Source of the DNA: an uncultured Actinomycetota bacterium
GTDB lineage: Bacteria; Actinomycetota; Actinomycetes; Actinomycetales; Dermatophilaceae
Assembly (NCBI GenBank): GCA_963750305.1
Contig: CAVVPX010000002.1
Location: 616,845-680,844 of the forward strand
DNA length: 64,000 nt
Reading direction: 5' to 3'
A program made the position numbers and the translations under genes. The stretch's first letter is position 1. Every line of letters begins with the position of its first letter. The notes under the pieces are model-generated. The model was not told the DNA's origin, did not search any database, and worked only from the letters and a program-made list of their open reading frames with translations. Below are positions 45,347 through 57,682 of the stretch, piece by piece.

Positions 45347-46635
45347 TCACGGCCTTGGTCCTGGTCGCGTTCGCCGCGGCCTACGTCCTGATCGCGACCG
45401 AGCGGATCCACCGGGTCGCGGCAGCCCTCTGGGGTGCGGCGGCGATGGTGCTGCTCGGCGTCGTCGATGCGCACGTCGCGTTCTTCAGCGAGGACACCGG
45501 TGTCGACTGGAACGTCATCTTCCTGCTGTTCGGGATGATGGTGATCGTCGGCGTCATGCGCCAGACGGGGATCTTCGAGTACCTCGCGATCTGGTCGGCC
45601 AAGCGCGCCCACGGACGTCCGTTCGCGGTGATGGTGATGCTGGTGCTGATCACCGCCGTCGCCTCGGCGCTGCTGGACAACGTCACGACGGTGCTGCTGA
45701 TCGCGCCGGTGACGCTGTTGGTCTGCGACCGCCTGGGCCTCGACCCCGTGCCGTTCCTCATCGCCGAGGCGATGGGGTCCAACATCGGCGGCACCGCAAC
45801 CCTGGTCGGCGACCCGCCCAACATCATCATCGCCAGCCGCTCCGGCCTGTCCTTCAACGACTTCGTGGTCAACCTCGGCCCGATCGTGATCGTGCTGCTG
45901 GCGGTGTTCATCGGGTTGTGCTGGCTGTTCTGGGGTCGCGGGTTCAAGGTCGACCCCGAGCGGGCCGAAGCCGTGATGCAGCTCGACGAGCGGGAGGCGA
46001 TCCACAACCGGCCCCTGCTCGTCCGGTCGCTGGTCATCCTGGGCATGGTCCTGGTCGCGTTCGTCGCCCACGGCGTCGTGGACATCGAGCCCTCGATCGT
46101 CGCGCTGCTCGGCGCCGGCGCCCTCGTCGCCGTCTCGCGGCTGGACCCCCGCGAGTACCTCTCGGAGGTCGAGTGGCCCACCCTGGTCTTCTTCGGCGGG
46201 TTGTTCGTGATGGTCGGCGCTCTGGTCGAGGTCGGCATCGTCGGTGCCATCGGCACCGCGCTCACCGACTTCGTCGGCGACCGCTATCTCCTGGCGGGCT
46301 CGGTGGTGCTGTGGGCCTCGGCGGTGTTGTCCGCCATCGTCGACAACATCCCGTACGTCGCCACGATGGCTCCGATCGTGAACGACCTCATCAGCGGCGC
46401 GGCCGACAACCCGCAGGCCCGCGCGCTCTGGTGGGCGCTGGCCCTGGGCGCGGACCTGGGCGGCAACGCCACCGCGGTGGGTGCCAGCGCGAACGTGGTG
46501 GTGCTCGGCATCGCCGCCCGCAACGGGCACCCCATCAGCTTCTGGCAGTTCACCAAGTACGGGCTGTTGGTCGCGCTGGTGACGGTCGCGGTGAGCTGGG
46601 GGTACTTCCTGCTTCGCTACTTCGCGTTCGCCTGA
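45343..46635 (+). CDS. ArsB/NhaD superfamily permease
   Basis: GTGA overlap with the CBS gene. About 11 TM segments, motifs [10 protein letters not shown] and [16 protein letters not shown]. Confidence 0.8.
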   Translation: MITALVLVAFAAAYVLIATERIHRVAAALWGAAAMVLLGVVDAHVAFFSEDTGVDWNVIFLLFGMMVIVGVMRQTGIFEYLAIWSAKRAHGRPFAVMVMLVLITAVASALLDNVTTVLLIAPVTLLVCDRLGLDPVPFLIAEAMGSNIGGTATLVGDPPNIIIASRSGLSFNDFVVNLGPIVIVLLAVFIGLCWLFWGRGFKVDPERAEAVMQLDEREAIHNRPLLVRSLVILGMVLVAFVAHGVVDIEPSIVALLGAGALVAVSRLDPREYLSEVEWPTLVFFGGLFVMVGALVEVGIVGAIGTALTDFVGDRYLLAGSVVLWASAVLSAIVDNIPYVATMAPIVNDLISGAADNPQARALWWALALGADLGGNATAVGASANVVVLGIAARNGHPISFWQFTKYGLLVALVTVAVSWGYFLLRYFAFA

Positions 46636-47984
46636 CCACCACGGTCACCGGCCGCGGAGGCGACCGGTTCGAAGCAGTCGGGCACACCGTCGCCGTCCAG
46701 GTCCTCGGTCTCGATCACCTCGATCCTGCGGTACTCGGCGTTGCGTCGCCGAAGCACGACCGCAGCCAGCGCCGCAGAGAGCAGCGAGCCGATCAGCACG
46801 GCGAGCTTGGCCGGCCCGAGCAGGCTCTCGTCGGGGAAGGCGAGCTCGCTGATGAGCAGGGAGACGGTGAACCCGATGCCGGCGAGGAGCGAGAGGCCGA
46901 GCACGTCCGCCCAGGCCAGGTCCTCGTCGAGCTCGGCGCGGGTGAAGCGGGCGAACACCCAGGTGCCACCGAAGACCCCGAGCAGCTTGCCCAGGACCAG
47001 GGCGGCGACGATGCCCAACGCGAGCGGGTTGGTGAGGGCCTCGACGAACCCGGTCTCGGCGCCCTCACCGACGACCGAGACGCCGGCGGCGAAGAAGGCG
47101 AAGACCGGGACGGCCAGACCTGCCGACAGGGGGCGTACCCGGTGCTCCAGTCGGTGGGCGACGTCGGTGTCGGCGTCGTGCGTGCTCAGGCTCGGGACGC
47201 CACGCTGTCGTGGGCGGACCGGGACCGTGAGACCGAGCAGGACGCCGGCGACCGTGGCGTGCACACCAGAGGCGTGGACCAGGGCCCAGGTCGCCAGCGC
47301 GAGCGGGATCAGCGCCCACCACCAGACCAGGCGCCGCTGCACCAGCGCGGCGAAGGCGAGCAGCGGCAGCAGGGCCAGGGCGAGCATGCCGACCGACAGG
47401 TCGGAGGTGTAGAAGATCGCGATGATGGTGATGGCGACGAGGTCGTCGACCACGGCGAGCGTCAGCAGGAACGAGCGCAGGGCCGACGGGAGATGGCTGC
47501 CGAGCAGGGCCAGGACGGCCAGGGCGAACGCGATGTCGGTCGCGGTCGGGATCGCCCACCCACCGAGCAGCTCGGTGGATCCTGAAGCCAGCACGACCAG
47601 GGCGTAGACCAGCGCCGGGAGTGCTACACCGCACAGTGCGGCCGCGATCGGCACGGCGGCCTTGGCTGGGTCGCGCAGGTCTCCGACGAGGAACTCTCGC
47701 TTGAGCTCCAGGCCGGCGACGAAGAAGAAGATCGCCAGGAGGCCGTCGCCCGCCCAGGTGTTCAGGGTGAGGTCCAGGTGCAGGACGTGCGGGCCGACCA
47801 CGGTGTCTCGGAGGGTGAAGTAGGCCTCCTGTGCGGGCGTGTTCGCCCAGATGAGGGCGATCGCGGCGGCCGCCAGGAGCAGGGCGCCACCGACGGTCTC
47901 GGTGCGCAGGAGCGCGGTCACGTGCTGAGCCTCGGGCCAGCTCGACCTGCTGAACACGCGTCTCGGAAGGCTGGGTGTCGTCAT
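46617..47984 (-). CDS. nhaA: Na+/H+ antiporter NhaA
   Basis: WINDGLM-like [22 protein letters not shown] and LTLAVVDDL motifs. ATG 47984. Confidence 0.88.
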   Translation of the reverse strand: MTTPSLPRRVFSRSSWPEAQHVTALLRTETVGGALLLAAAAIALIWANTPAQEAYFTLRDTVVGPHVLHLDLTLNTWAGDGLLAIFFFVAGLELKREFLVGDLRDPAKAAVPIAAALCGVALPALVYALVVLASGSTELLGGWAIPTATDIAFALAVLALLGSHLPSALRSFLLTLAVVDDLVAITIIAIFYTSDLSVGMLALALLPLLAFAALVQRRLVWWWALIPLALATWALVHASGVHATVAGVLLGLTVPVRPRQRGVPSLSTHDADTDVAHRLEHRVRPLSAGLAVPVFAFFAAGVSVVGEGAETGFVEALTNPLALGIVAALVLGKLLGVFGGTWVFARFTRAELDEDLAWADVLGLSLLAGIGFTVSLLISELAFPDESLLGPAKLAVLIGSLLSAALAAVVLRRRNAEYRRIEVIETEDLDGDGVPDCFEPVASAAGDRGGQANAK

Positions 47985-48166
47985 AGGCGATGGGCTCCCC
48001 AAGGGGTCGGCTGGTCGGGTCACCCCTGGTCCGGGGCGGCCGACCAGGCTTCCCGGCACTCCGGTCCCCACAGTACCGGCGCCACCCCCGCCCGGCCGAC
48101 TCGTCCGGGAGGTGGGCGACCGCTCGGCGCCGGTCAACGACGGCGGCGGAAAACTGAGGGGTTCCC

Positions 48167-48204
48167 TTCCGACAGATAGAAGATATTATCCGCCATACGG
48201 AAAC
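48167..48204 (+). promoter_or_regulatory. 38-nt AT-rich element with TCCGCCATACGGA inverted repeat (copy A), upstream of the malic enzyme operon
   Basis: TTCCGACAGATAGAAGATATTATCCGCCATACGGAAAC. 27 of 38 identical to copy B, in the same orientation relative to the downstream gene. Confidence 0.55.
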
Positions 48205-48248
48205 ACGACATCAGCGTCGACGTCGCCGCAGACCAGGAAGGCATCACC

Positions 48249-49657
<1,409 letters not shown>

Positions 49658-49661
<4 letters not shown>

Positions 49662-50953
49662 TGCCTGAGCTCTCCTACGCCGCAACGGCCCTCGCCGGGC
49701 TGACCGACGATCTCGATGCCCATCTGGCGAGTGCCGATGCGGCGCTCGCTGCGCAGTTCCCCGGCGAGCGGGCCGCCCGCCAACCGGTGCACACCGTCTA
49801 TGTCCCCGCCGACCGATACGACGCAGGGCTCGCGCCCCGGTGGGGCCAGGAGGCGCTCGCCGCCCTGGATGCCGACGGTGGGACGCCGGCCGAGTTCGCC
49901 GCCGTCCTCGGGCTGGCTCCGGACCTCGCCGACGAGGTGGTGGCCCGGGTGCGCGCCAAGCTCGCCCGCGAGCCCATCGAGGACCTGCGGGTGGACTTCG
50001 AGGACGGGTTCGGCAACCGGTCGGACCCGGTTGAGGACGCGGCCGTCGTGGCGGCGTCGGACGCCTTGCGGGAGGCGATCGCCGACGGCCGGGCGACGCC
50101 GTTCCACGGCATCCGGTTCAAGAGCTTCGAGGCGCCCACCCGGGCACGCGGACTGCGCACCCTGGCCGGGTTCCTCGCCGGTCTCGTCGGCCCGGACAGC
50201 GTGACAGGTGCCGAGGGCGGCCGGCTGCCCGACGGGTTCGTGGTCACCCTGCCCAAGGTCACCTCGGTCGACCAGGTCGAGGCGATGGTCCTCGCGTGCG
50301 CACGGATCGAGGGCGAGCTCGGGCTGGCGCCGAACGCGATCGGCTTCGAGATCCAGGTCGAGACGCCGCAGTCGATCCTCGGCCCGGACGGCACGGCATT
50401 GGTGGCCCGCATGGTGCACGCCGCAGCCGGTCGGTGCACCGGCCTGCACTACGGCACCTACGACTACTCCGCGTCGTGCGGGATCGCAGCGAACTACCAG
50501 AGCATGGAGCATCCCGCCGCCGACCACGCGAAGGCGGTCATGCAGGCAGCAGCCGCCGGCACCGGCGTACGTCTCTCGGACGGCTCGACGAACATCCTGC
50601 CCGTCGGCGACCGCGAGGCGGTCCACCACGCCTGGGCCCTGCACGCCCGGCTCATCCGTCGCTCGCTGGAACGCGGCTACTACCAGGGGTGGGACCTGCA
50701 CCCGGCGCAGCTGCCCAGTCGCTATGCCGCCACCTACGCCTTCTATCGCGAAGGTCTGCCCGCGGCGGCGCTGCGATTGAAGAACTATGTGGGACAGGTG
50801 GATTCGGGAGTGATGGACGAGCCGGCCACCGCCCGAGCGCTCGCGGACTTCATCGTCCGCGGCCTGGACTGCGGCGCGATCGACGACGACGAGGTGCTCG
50901 AGACGACCGGAATCGACCGGCCTCGAATCAACCACCTCGCGCGCCGCACCTGA
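49658..50953 (+). CDS. Uncharacterised malate-synthase/citrate-lyase-beta-like TIM-barrel family protein (possibly the family annotated DUF6986)
   Basis: ATGA overlap with the malic enzyme gene. The VDFEDGFG acidic motif resembles the metal/substrate motif of the HpcH/CitE/malate synthase superfamily. Family name is from memory only. Confidence 0.55.
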
Positions 50954-51007
50954 CGCCACGGCTGGGTGAAAGATGACCCTTGACCGGGTCGGCCCGTCGC
51001 CCTACTA

Positions 51008-51045
51008 TTCCGTCAGACGTAATTTGTTTTCCGCATCACGGAAAC
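51008..51045 (+). promoter_or_regulatory. 38-nt AT-rich element with TTTCCGCATCACGGAAA inverted repeat (copy B), upstream of uricase
   Basis: TTCCGTCAGACGTAATTTGTTTTCCGCATCACGGAAAC. Confidence 0.55.
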
Positions 51046-51118
51046 CGCCTCACTGCCGAGGTTCTCGAGAGGGACCGGCCGGGCGCCAGCAGATCGACGC
51101 GCAAAGGAGCACAGCCCC

Positions 51119-52036
51119 ATGGGCTACATCCTCGGACCCAACCAGTACGGCAAGGCGGAGAACCGGGTCGTCCGCATCTATCGCGACACCGACCGGCACG
51201 AGATCCGCGACCTCAACGTCTCCACCTCGCTGCGGGGCGACTTCCGCGCCGCGCACGAGACCGGTGACCAGGCCGACGTCCTGCCGACCGACACCCAGAA
51301 GAACACCGCGTTCGCGTTCGCCAAGGAGCACGGGATCACCTCCCCGGAGGACTACGCTCTCGCCCTCGGTGCGCGGTTCCTCGAGGCGACGCCCAAGGCG
51401 ACGGCCTCGCGGATCGAGGTCGAGGAGTACACGTGGGAACGCATCCCGGTCGGCGGCGCCGGGCACGACCACGCGTTCGTGCGGGGTGGCACCGAGGTGC
51501 GCACCACCGTGGTCACCTCGGACCGCAGCGGCGACCAGCCTCGCGCCTGGGTCGTCTCGGGGCTTCAGGACCTCGTGGTGCTGAAGTCGACCGGCTCGGA
51601 GTTCAAGGGGTTCCTGAAGGACGAGTACACCACCCTGCCGGAGGTCGACGACCGCATCCTCGCGACCTCGCTGGTCGCCCGGTGGCGCTACGAGGGCACT
51701 GACCCCTCGGCCACGATCGACTGGAACGCCTCGTTCGAGGGCATCCGCGCGGTGATGCTGGAGGCATTCGCGACGACCTACAGCCGAGCCCTCCAGGAGT
51801 CGCTCTATGCGATGGGCGGCGCCGTCCTGGAGGCCCATCCCGAGGTTGCCGAGATCAAGTTCTCCGCGCCGAACAAGCACCACTTCCTGGTCGACTTCTC
51901 GGCCTTCGCCAGCGAGAACAACGGTGAGGTGTTCGTCGCCGCCGACCGTCCCTACGGCCTCATCGAGGCGTCGGTCCAGCGTGAGGACCCGACCGACCCG
52001 GGCGACGCATGGCTGACCGTCCCGGGCTTCTGCTGA
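51119..52036 (+). CDS. uox: Urate oxidase (factor-independent urate hydroxylase)
   Basis: LGPNQYGKAENRVVRIYRD...TDTQKNT, two T-fold halves. Confidence 0.9.
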   Translation: MGYILGPNQYGKAENRVVRIYRDTDRHEIRDLNVSTSLRGDFRAAHETGDQADVLPTDTQKNTAFAFAKEHGITSPEDYALALGARFLEATPKATASRIEVEEYTWERIPVGGAGHDHAFVRGGTEVRTTVVTSDRSGDQPRAWVVSGLQDLVVLKSTGSEFKGFLKDEYTTLPEVDDRILATSLVARWRYEGTDPSATIDWNASFEGIRAVMLEAFATTYSRALQESLYAMGGAVLEAHPEVAEIKFSAPNKHHFLVDFSAFASENNGEVFVAADRPYGLIEASVQREDPTDPGDAWLTVPGFC

Positions 52037-52046
52037 GTACCGCGCC

Positions 52047-53447
52047 ATGACCACCACGGCACACACCCGGCCCGAGGACGAGCGGCTCCCGCTCCCGGCA
52101 ACCTTCGCCTACGGCGTGCAACACATCCTGACCATGTACGGCGGGGTCATCGCCCCGCCACTGATCGTCGGAGGGGCGGCCGGTCTCACCGGTCCCCAGA
52201 TCGGGCTCCTGGTCTCCGCGGCCCTGCTCGTCAGCGGGCTGGCCACCATCCTGCAGAGCGTCGGCGTCCCCTTCTTCGGCTCGCAGCTCCCGCTCGTGCA
52301 GGGGATCTCGTTCGCCAGCGTCTCGACCATGACCACGATCGCCTCCGGTGACGGCGGCCTCCCCGTCGTCTTCGGCTCGATCATGGTGGCGGGCGTCATC
52401 GGCCTGGCGATCAGCCCGTTCTTCTCCCAGGTGGTCCGGTTCTTCCCACCGGTGGTGAACGGCACCATCATCACGGTCATCGGGATCTCGCTGTTCCCGG
52501 TCGCCGTCCGGTGGGCGATGGGTGGCAACGCCCAGGCGCCGGAGTACGGCTCGGTGGGCAACATCGCGCTGGCGGGCTTCACCCTGCTGGTGATCCTGCT
52601 GCTGAGCCGGCTCGTGCAGGGTCCGGTCAGCCGGCTGTCGATCCTGCTCGGCATCGTGATCGGCACCGTCGGTGCGCTCGCCGTCGGCAAGGCCGACTTC
52701 TCCGGCGTGGGCGAGGGTGCGGTCGCGGCCTTCCCGACGCCGTTCGCGTTCGGCGCTCCGGCCTTCGAGGTCGGCGCCATCGTCTCGATGACCATCGTGA
52801 TCCTGGTGATCATGACCGAGACCACCGCCGACATCCTGGCGGTGGGTCAGATCGTCGACACCGAGGTCACCCCCCGGCGTGTCGGCGACGGGCTGCGAGC
52901 GGACATGCTCGCGACCGCGATCGCCCCCGTGTTCAACTCCTTCCCGGCGAGCGCCTTCGCGCAGAACGTCGGCGTCGTGGCGATCACGGGCATCAAGAGC
53001 CGGTGGGTCGTCACGGCCGGCGGCTCGGTGCTGGTCCTGCTCGGGCTGCTTCCGCTGCTCGGTCGGGTCATCGCGGCCGTCCCCCAGCCCGTTCTGGGTG
53101 GCGCGGGCATCGTGCTCTTCGGGTCCGTGGCAGCGAGCGGGATCCGCACGCTGTCCAAGGTCGAGTACGACGGGAACCTCAACCTGGTCCTCGTCGCGAC
53201 TGCCCTGGGCTTCGGGATCATCCCGATCGCCGTCCCGGTCTTCTGGGACCGGTTCCCCGAGTGGTTCGCCACCATCTTCCACTCCGGCATCAGTGCTGCG
53301 AGCATCGTCGCCATCCTGCTCAACCTCTTCTTCAACGAGTTCCGCTGGGGCCTGAAGCCCGCTCCCTCCGTCTTCGCGGCCGGTCCGGCCCGCGCCGTCA
53401 CCGAGGAGCAGGCCGCAGGTCTTCGCCGAGAGGACACCACGCCATGA
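52047..53447 (+). CDS. NCS2 family nucleobase (xanthine/urate) permease
   Basis: YGVQHILTMYGGVIAPPLIV, QGISFASV, FAQNVGVV motifs. Confidence 0.88.
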   Translation: MTTTAHTRPEDERLPLPATFAYGVQHILTMYGGVIAPPLIVGGAAGLTGPQIGLLVSAALLVSGLATILQSVGVPFFGSQLPLVQGISFASVSTMTTIASGDGGLPVVFGSIMVAGVIGLAISPFFSQVVRFFPPVVNGTIITVIGISLFPVAVRWAMGGNAQAPEYGSVGNIALAGFTLLVILLLSRLVQGPVSRLSILLGIVIGTVGALAVGKADFSGVGEGAVAAFPTPFAFGAPAFEVGAIVSMTIVILVIMTETTADILAVGQIVDTEVTPRRVGDGLRADMLATAIAPVFNSFPASAFAQNVGVVAITGIKSRWVVTAGGSVLVLLGLLPLLGRVIAAVPQPVLGGAGIVLFGSVAASGIRTLSKVEYDGNLNLVLVATALGFGIIPIAVPVFWDRFPEWFATIFHSGISAASIVAILLNLFFNEFRWGLKPAPSVFAAGPARAVTEEQAAGLRREDTTP

Positions 53448-55381
53448 CCGCACCAGCCATCACCCCGTCTCGAAAGACCGTCCACCCCGTCGATGAGATC
53501 CTGCCGCTGCCCAAGCTGGCGATCTATGGGTTCCAGCACGTCCTCGCGTTCTATGCGGGTGCGGTCATCGTGCCGATCCTGCTGGCCAACTCGATCGGGC
53601 TGAGCCAGCAGGAGCTCATCCACCTGATCAACGCCGATCTGTTCACCTGCGGGATCGCCTCGATCATCCAGTCCGTCGGGTTCTGGAAGATCGGCGTGAA
53701 ACTGCCTCTGCTGCAAGGGGTCACCTTCACAGCGGTGTCACCGATGATCGCCATCGGCCTCGCGGCCGGGGGAGGCACCGACGGCCTGCTCGTGATCTAT
53801 GGCGCGGTGATCGTGGCCGGCCTGTTCACCTTCTTCCTCGCGCCGTACTTCTCTCGCCTGATCCGGTTCTTCCCTCCCGTGGTCACCGGCTCGGTCATCA
53901 CCATCATCGGCATCGCGCTGCTGCCGGTCGCTGCGGCTGACGCCGTCGGCGGCGCCGGTCCGGACGCCGACCCGAGCAGCGGCAAGAACATGGCGTATGC
54001 CCTTGGCACCCTCGCGATCATCGTCATCATCCAGCGGGTCTTCCGCGGGTTCATGGCCACGGTCGCCGTGCTGGCGGGCCTGCTGATCGGCACCCTGGTC
54101 GCGTGGGCGCTCGGTGACGCCAGCTTCGACGCCGTGTCCGGCTCGGACTGGGTCGGGGTCACCACACCGTTCTTCTTCGGCCTCCCGAAGTTCTCGGCCG
54201 CGGCGATCATCTCGATGATCGTGGTCATGCTGATCACCGCGGTGGAGACCACCGGTGACGTCTTCGCCACCGGTGAGATCGTCGAGAAGCGGATCGTCCA
54301 GGACGACATCGCCCGGGCCCTGCGCGCCGACGGCGTCGCCACCACCCTCGGCGGCATCTTCAACTCCTTCCCCTACACCTGCTTCGCCGAGAACGTCGGG
54401 CTCGTGCGCCTCACCCAGGTGCGCAGCCGCTACGTCGTGGCCGCCGCGGGCGCGATCATGATCGTCATCGGTCTCATCCCGAAGGCGGGCGCCATCGTCG
54501 CCGGCATACCGCATCCCGTGCTGGGTGGGGCCGCGATCGCGATGTTCGCCACCGTGGCCGTGGTGGGCTTCCAGACGCTGTCGCGGGTCGACTTCAACGA
54601 CCACCGCAACGTGGTCATCGTCGCCACCGCCGTCGGGTTGGCGGTGTACGTCACCGTGCAGCCCGATGTCGCCAAGGCCGTGCCGGACTGGGCCCAGATC
54701 ATCCTGGGCTCGGGCATCACCCTCGGCTCGATCACCGCCATCGTTCTCAACCTCGTCTTCCACCACGTGGGCGGCAGCCGGGGACCGGCCGTGGCCGGTG
54801 CGCCGGGCAGCCTGGTCCGACTCAGCGAGGTCAACGAGATGAGCCGCGAGGAGTTCGGACAGACCTTCGGCAGCCTCTTCCAGGGTCCGCGCTGGGCGGT
54901 CGAGCAGGCCTACGACCGGCGCCCGTTCACGGACACCGGTGACCTGCGCGCCGCGTTCCAGGAGGCCCTGTTCTCGGCCAGCACCACCGAGCAGACCCAG
55001 CTGATCAACGCCTACCCGCAGCTCGGCGCGGCCAGCGTGGCTGACGGCGGCGAGGGAGAGGCCTCGCGCACCGACCAGACCTTCCTCGGCATCACCCGCC
55101 TGGCCGACGAGGAGCACCGTGAGCTCGGCGACCTGACCACGGCCTATCTCGACAAGTTCGGCTTCCCGCTCGTGATCTCGATCCGCGACGAGGCGTCCTT
55201 CGCGACCGTCCTTCGCCACGGCTGGCAGCGACTGGGCAACTCCCAGCGCCAGGAACACGCGACGGCGCTCGTGGAGGTCGCGAAGATCGCCGGATATCGC
55301 TTCGACGACCTGGTGGCTGAGGCGAACCCGATCCACGCGGCGCGCATCCGGGAGATCCGGGGCGGTGGGGATGGGCACTGA
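53444..55381 (+). CDS. NCS2 nucleobase permease fused in frame to an OHCU decarboxylase (UraD) domain
   Basis: ATGA overlap with the previous gene. Permease motifs YGFQHVLAFYAGAVIVPILL, QGVTFTAV, FAENVGLV. After the last TM (LNLVFHH) there is no stop. The frame continues into LSEVNEMSREEFGQTFGSLFQGPRWAVEQAY...AYPQLG...KFGFPLVISIRD. Confidence 0.8.
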   Translation: MTAPAITPSRKTVHPVDEILPLPKLAIYGFQHVLAFYAGAVIVPILLANSIGLSQQELIHLINADLFTCGIASIIQSVGFWKIGVKLPLLQGVTFTAVSPMIAIGLAAGGGTDGLLVIYGAVIVAGLFTFFLAPYFSRLIRFFPPVVTGSVITIIGIALLPVAAADAVGGAGPDADPSSGKNMAYALGTLAIIVIIQRVFRGFMATVAVLAGLLIGTLVAWALGDASFDAVSGSDWVGVTTPFFFGLPKFSAAAIISMIVVMLITAVETTGDVFATGEIVEKRIVQDDIARALRADGVATTLGGIFNSFPYTCFAENVGLVRLTQVRSRYVVAAAGAIMIVIGLIPKAGAIVAGIPHPVLGGAAIAMFATVAVVGFQTLSRVDFNDHRNVVIVATAVGLAVYVTVQPDVAKAVPDWAQIILGSGITLGSITAIVLNLVFHHVGGSRGPAVAGAPGSLVRLSEVNEMSREEFGQTFGSLFQGPRWAVEQAYDRRPFTDTGDLRAAFQEALFSASTTEQTQLINAYPQLGAASVADGGEGEASRTDQTFLGITRLADEEHRELGDLTTAYLDKFGFPLVISIRDEASFATVLRHGWQRLGNSQRQEHATALVEVAKIAGYRFDDLVAEANPIHAARIREIRGGGDGH

Positions 55382-55889
55382 CGCCACGGTGGTCGGTCGG
55401 TCCGTCGAGGGCTTCAACGCCCTCGACGGACCGGAGGCCGCGGCTCGCGCCGCGTCGTGTCTGTCCGTGCCCAGGTGGGTCGAGGCCGTCGTGTCCGGTC
55501 GCCCGTACTCAGGCTGGGCGGCGCTGTCCGAGAAGGCAACTGCCGCAGCCACAGACCTGACTGACGCCGAGCTCGAGGGTGCGCTGGCGCGCCACCCTCG
55601 GATCGGGGAGCGGGCTGGCGGGCAGCACGACGCCGCGTTCTCGGCGCAGGAGCAGTCCGGGGTGGACCCCGCGGACACCGGAACGACCGCGCGGCTCGCG
55701 GCGGGCAACGTGGCCTACGAACAGCGGTTCGACCGGGTGTTCCTGATCCGCGCGGCGGGACGGTCCAGCGAGGAGATCCTCGCCGAGCTCGAACGCCGGC
55801 TCGCCAACGACGACCGCACCGAGCGTGGTGAGACGGTGACCCAGCTGCGCGAGATCGCGCTGCGACGACTGCGAGAGGTGGCGACCTGA
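55371..55889 (+). CDS. uraD: 2-oxo-4-hydroxy-4-carboxy-5-ureidoimidazoline (OHCU) decarboxylase, stand-alone
   Basis: ARHPRIGE...SAQEQSGV...YEQRFDRVFLIRAAGRS motifs. GTG 55365 or ATG 55371. Confidence 0.8.
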   Translation: MGTDATVVGRSVEGFNALDGPEAAARAASCLSVPRWVEAVVSGRPYSGWAALSEKATAAATDLTDAELEGALARHPRIGERAGGQHDAAFSAQEQSGVDPADTGTTARLAAGNVAYEQRFDRVFLIRAAGRSSEEILAELERRLANDDRTERGETVTQLREIALRRLREVAT

Positions 55890-56215
55890 TGGGGACGCTG
55901 AGCACCCACGTCCTGGACACGAGCCGGGGACGGCCGGCCGAAGGCATCCGGATCACCCTGGAGGCGACCGACGGTGCGTCCCTCGGAGAGGGCGTGACCG
56001 ACACCGACGGCCGGGTCGGCAGCATCGGCCCGGAGCGGATGGACGCCGGTGACTACCGGCTGCGGTTCGCCTCGGGCGACTACTTCACCGCGCAGGGCGA
56101 GGCCGGGTTCTATCCCGAGGTGGTCATCGTCTTCACGATCACCGACGGTGACCAGCACTACCACGTGCCCGTGCTGCTCAACCCGTTCGGCTACTCGACC
56201 TATCGCGGGAGCTGA
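55889..56215 (+). CDS. uraH: 5-hydroxyisourate hydrolase (transthyretin-like)
   Basis: LSTHVLDTSRGRPAEG...YHVPVLLNPFGYSTYRGS. Confidence 0.92.
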   Translation: MGTLSTHVLDTSRGRPAEGIRITLEATDGASLGEGVTDTDGRVGSIGPERMDAGDYRLRFASGDYFTAQGEAGFYPEVVIVFTITDGDQHYHVPVLLNPFGYSTYRGS

Positions 56216-56217
56216 AC

Positions 56218-57576
56218 GTGGCCACGACGACGGTCCTGGACGGCTGCACCGTGGTCACCATGGATGCCGCACGGACCGAGCACCGCATCGGCCACGTCGT
56301 CATCGAGGGCACGCGGATCCGATCGACGGGGACCGGCCGGTATGCCGGACCCACCGAGGGCGTGACCGTCGTGGACGAGACCGGCTGCGTTGCCACCCCG
56401 GGGCTGGTCAACACCCACCACCACCTGTACCAGTGGGCGACCCGTGGTCTGGCCGTCGACTCGACGTTGTTCGGCTGGCTGACCGAGCTGTACCCGATCT
56501 GGGGGCGGATCGACGAGGACATCGTCGGTGCTGCCGCGGCCGCCGGGCTGGGCTGGCTGGCGCGGACCGGCTGCACGACCGCGATGGACCACCACTACGT
56601 CTTCCCGCGCGATGGCGGTGACGTCCTCGGGGCCGAGATCGAGGCAGCTCGCCGGATCGGGTTGCGGTTCATGGCAACTCGCGGGTCGATGGACCTCGGC
56701 CAGAGCCAGGGCGGTCTGCCGCCCGACCACGTGGTCGAGCGGCTCGAGGACATCCTCCGCGCAACGGCCACGGCTGTCGACACGCACCACGACGGGTCGG
56801 CGGACTCGATGCTGCGCATCGGGGTGGCGCCGTGCTCACCGTTCTCGGTGACGGGCGACCTTCTGCGCGAGGCAGCGGTGCTGGCTCGGGACAAGGGGGT
56901 TCGGCTGCACACCCACCTCGCCGAGACGCTGGATGAGGAGGAATTCTGTCGGGAGCGGTTCGGCCAGACTCCCGTCGAGTACATGGAGTCGGTGGGGTGG
57001 CTCGGACCCGACGTCTGGTATGCCCACGGGATCCACTTCGACGACCCCGGCATCGCTCGCCTGGCGGCGACCGGCACCGGTGTTGCGCACTGTCCCTCGT
57101 CCAACGCCCGCCTCGGGGCGGGCATCTGCCGGACTCGCGACCTGCGGGACGCCGGTGTCCCGGTGGGCCTGGGCGTGGACGGGGCCGCCTCCAACGAGGC
57201 GACCTCGCTGATCGAGGAGGCCCGCCACGCACTGTTGTTCGCGCGCGCCCGGGGTGGCCCGGAGGCTCTGGGCGTCCGAGACGCGCTGGAGCTGGCGACC
57301 ATCGGCGGGGCGAGGGTGCTCGGCTGGGAGGACCAGATCGGTTCGCTGGAGGCCGGCAAGCTGGCCGACCTCGCGCTGTGGCGGATGGACACCCTCGCTC
57401 ACGCAGGGATCGCCGACCCGGTGGCGGGGCTGATGCTCGGCGACCGACCGCCGCTGGAGCTGCTTCTGGTGGGTGGCCGTCCGGTCGTGGAGCGCGACCG
57501 CCTCAGCACGGTGGACGAGGAGACTCTCGCGGTCGACGCCACGCGGGCTGCCACGCGAATCCTGGCTCGGCAGTAG
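56218..57576 (+). CDS. Amidohydrolase of the guanine/8-oxoguanine deaminase family
   Basis: PGLVNTHHHLYQ metal motif, HLAET, AHGIHF, VDGAASN. Confidence 0.8.
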   Translation: MATTTVLDGCTVVTMDAARTEHRIGHVVIEGTRIRSTGTGRYAGPTEGVTVVDETGCVATPGLVNTHHHLYQWATRGLAVDSTLFGWLTELYPIWGRIDEDIVGAAAAAGLGWLARTGCTTAMDHHYVFPRDGGDVLGAEIEAARRIGLRFMATRGSMDLGQSQGGLPPDHVVERLEDILRATATAVDTHHDGSADSMLRIGVAPCSPFSVTGDLLREAAVLARDKGVRLHTHLAETLDEEEFCRERFGQTPVEYMESVGWLGPDVWYAHGIHFDDPGIARLAATGTGVAHCPSSNARLGAGICRTRDLRDAGVPVGLGVDGAASNEATSLIEEARHALLFARARGGPEALGVRDALELATIGGARVLGWEDQIGSLEAGKLADLALWRMDTLAHAGIADPVAGLMLGDRPPLELLLVGGRPVVERDRLSTVDEETLAVDATRAATRILARQ

Positions 57577-57628
57577 CCGGACCGGAGGTGGGTCGGGGAT
57601 TGACGACCGACCGGGGTTCGTTCTATTC

Positions 57629-57666
57629 TATCGCCAAGCGGAAACTAGATTCCACAATACGGAAAA
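57629..57666 (+). promoter_or_regulatory. 38-nt element (copy C) with two TCnnC-N4-CGGAAA boxes, upstream of hyi
   Basis: TATCGCCAAGCGGAAACTAGATTCCACAATACGGAAAA. It ends 17 nt before the hyi ATG. Confidence 0.45.
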
Positions 57667-57682
57667 GCAAGGAAGGGCGACG

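Noticed and set aside
52511-53443. N-terminal 311-codon extension of the 956-aa ORF (permease-UraD)
   Set aside because: The extension is out of frame within the first NCS2 permease gene and is Arg/Gly-rich. A proper ATG with ATGA coupling exists at 53444.
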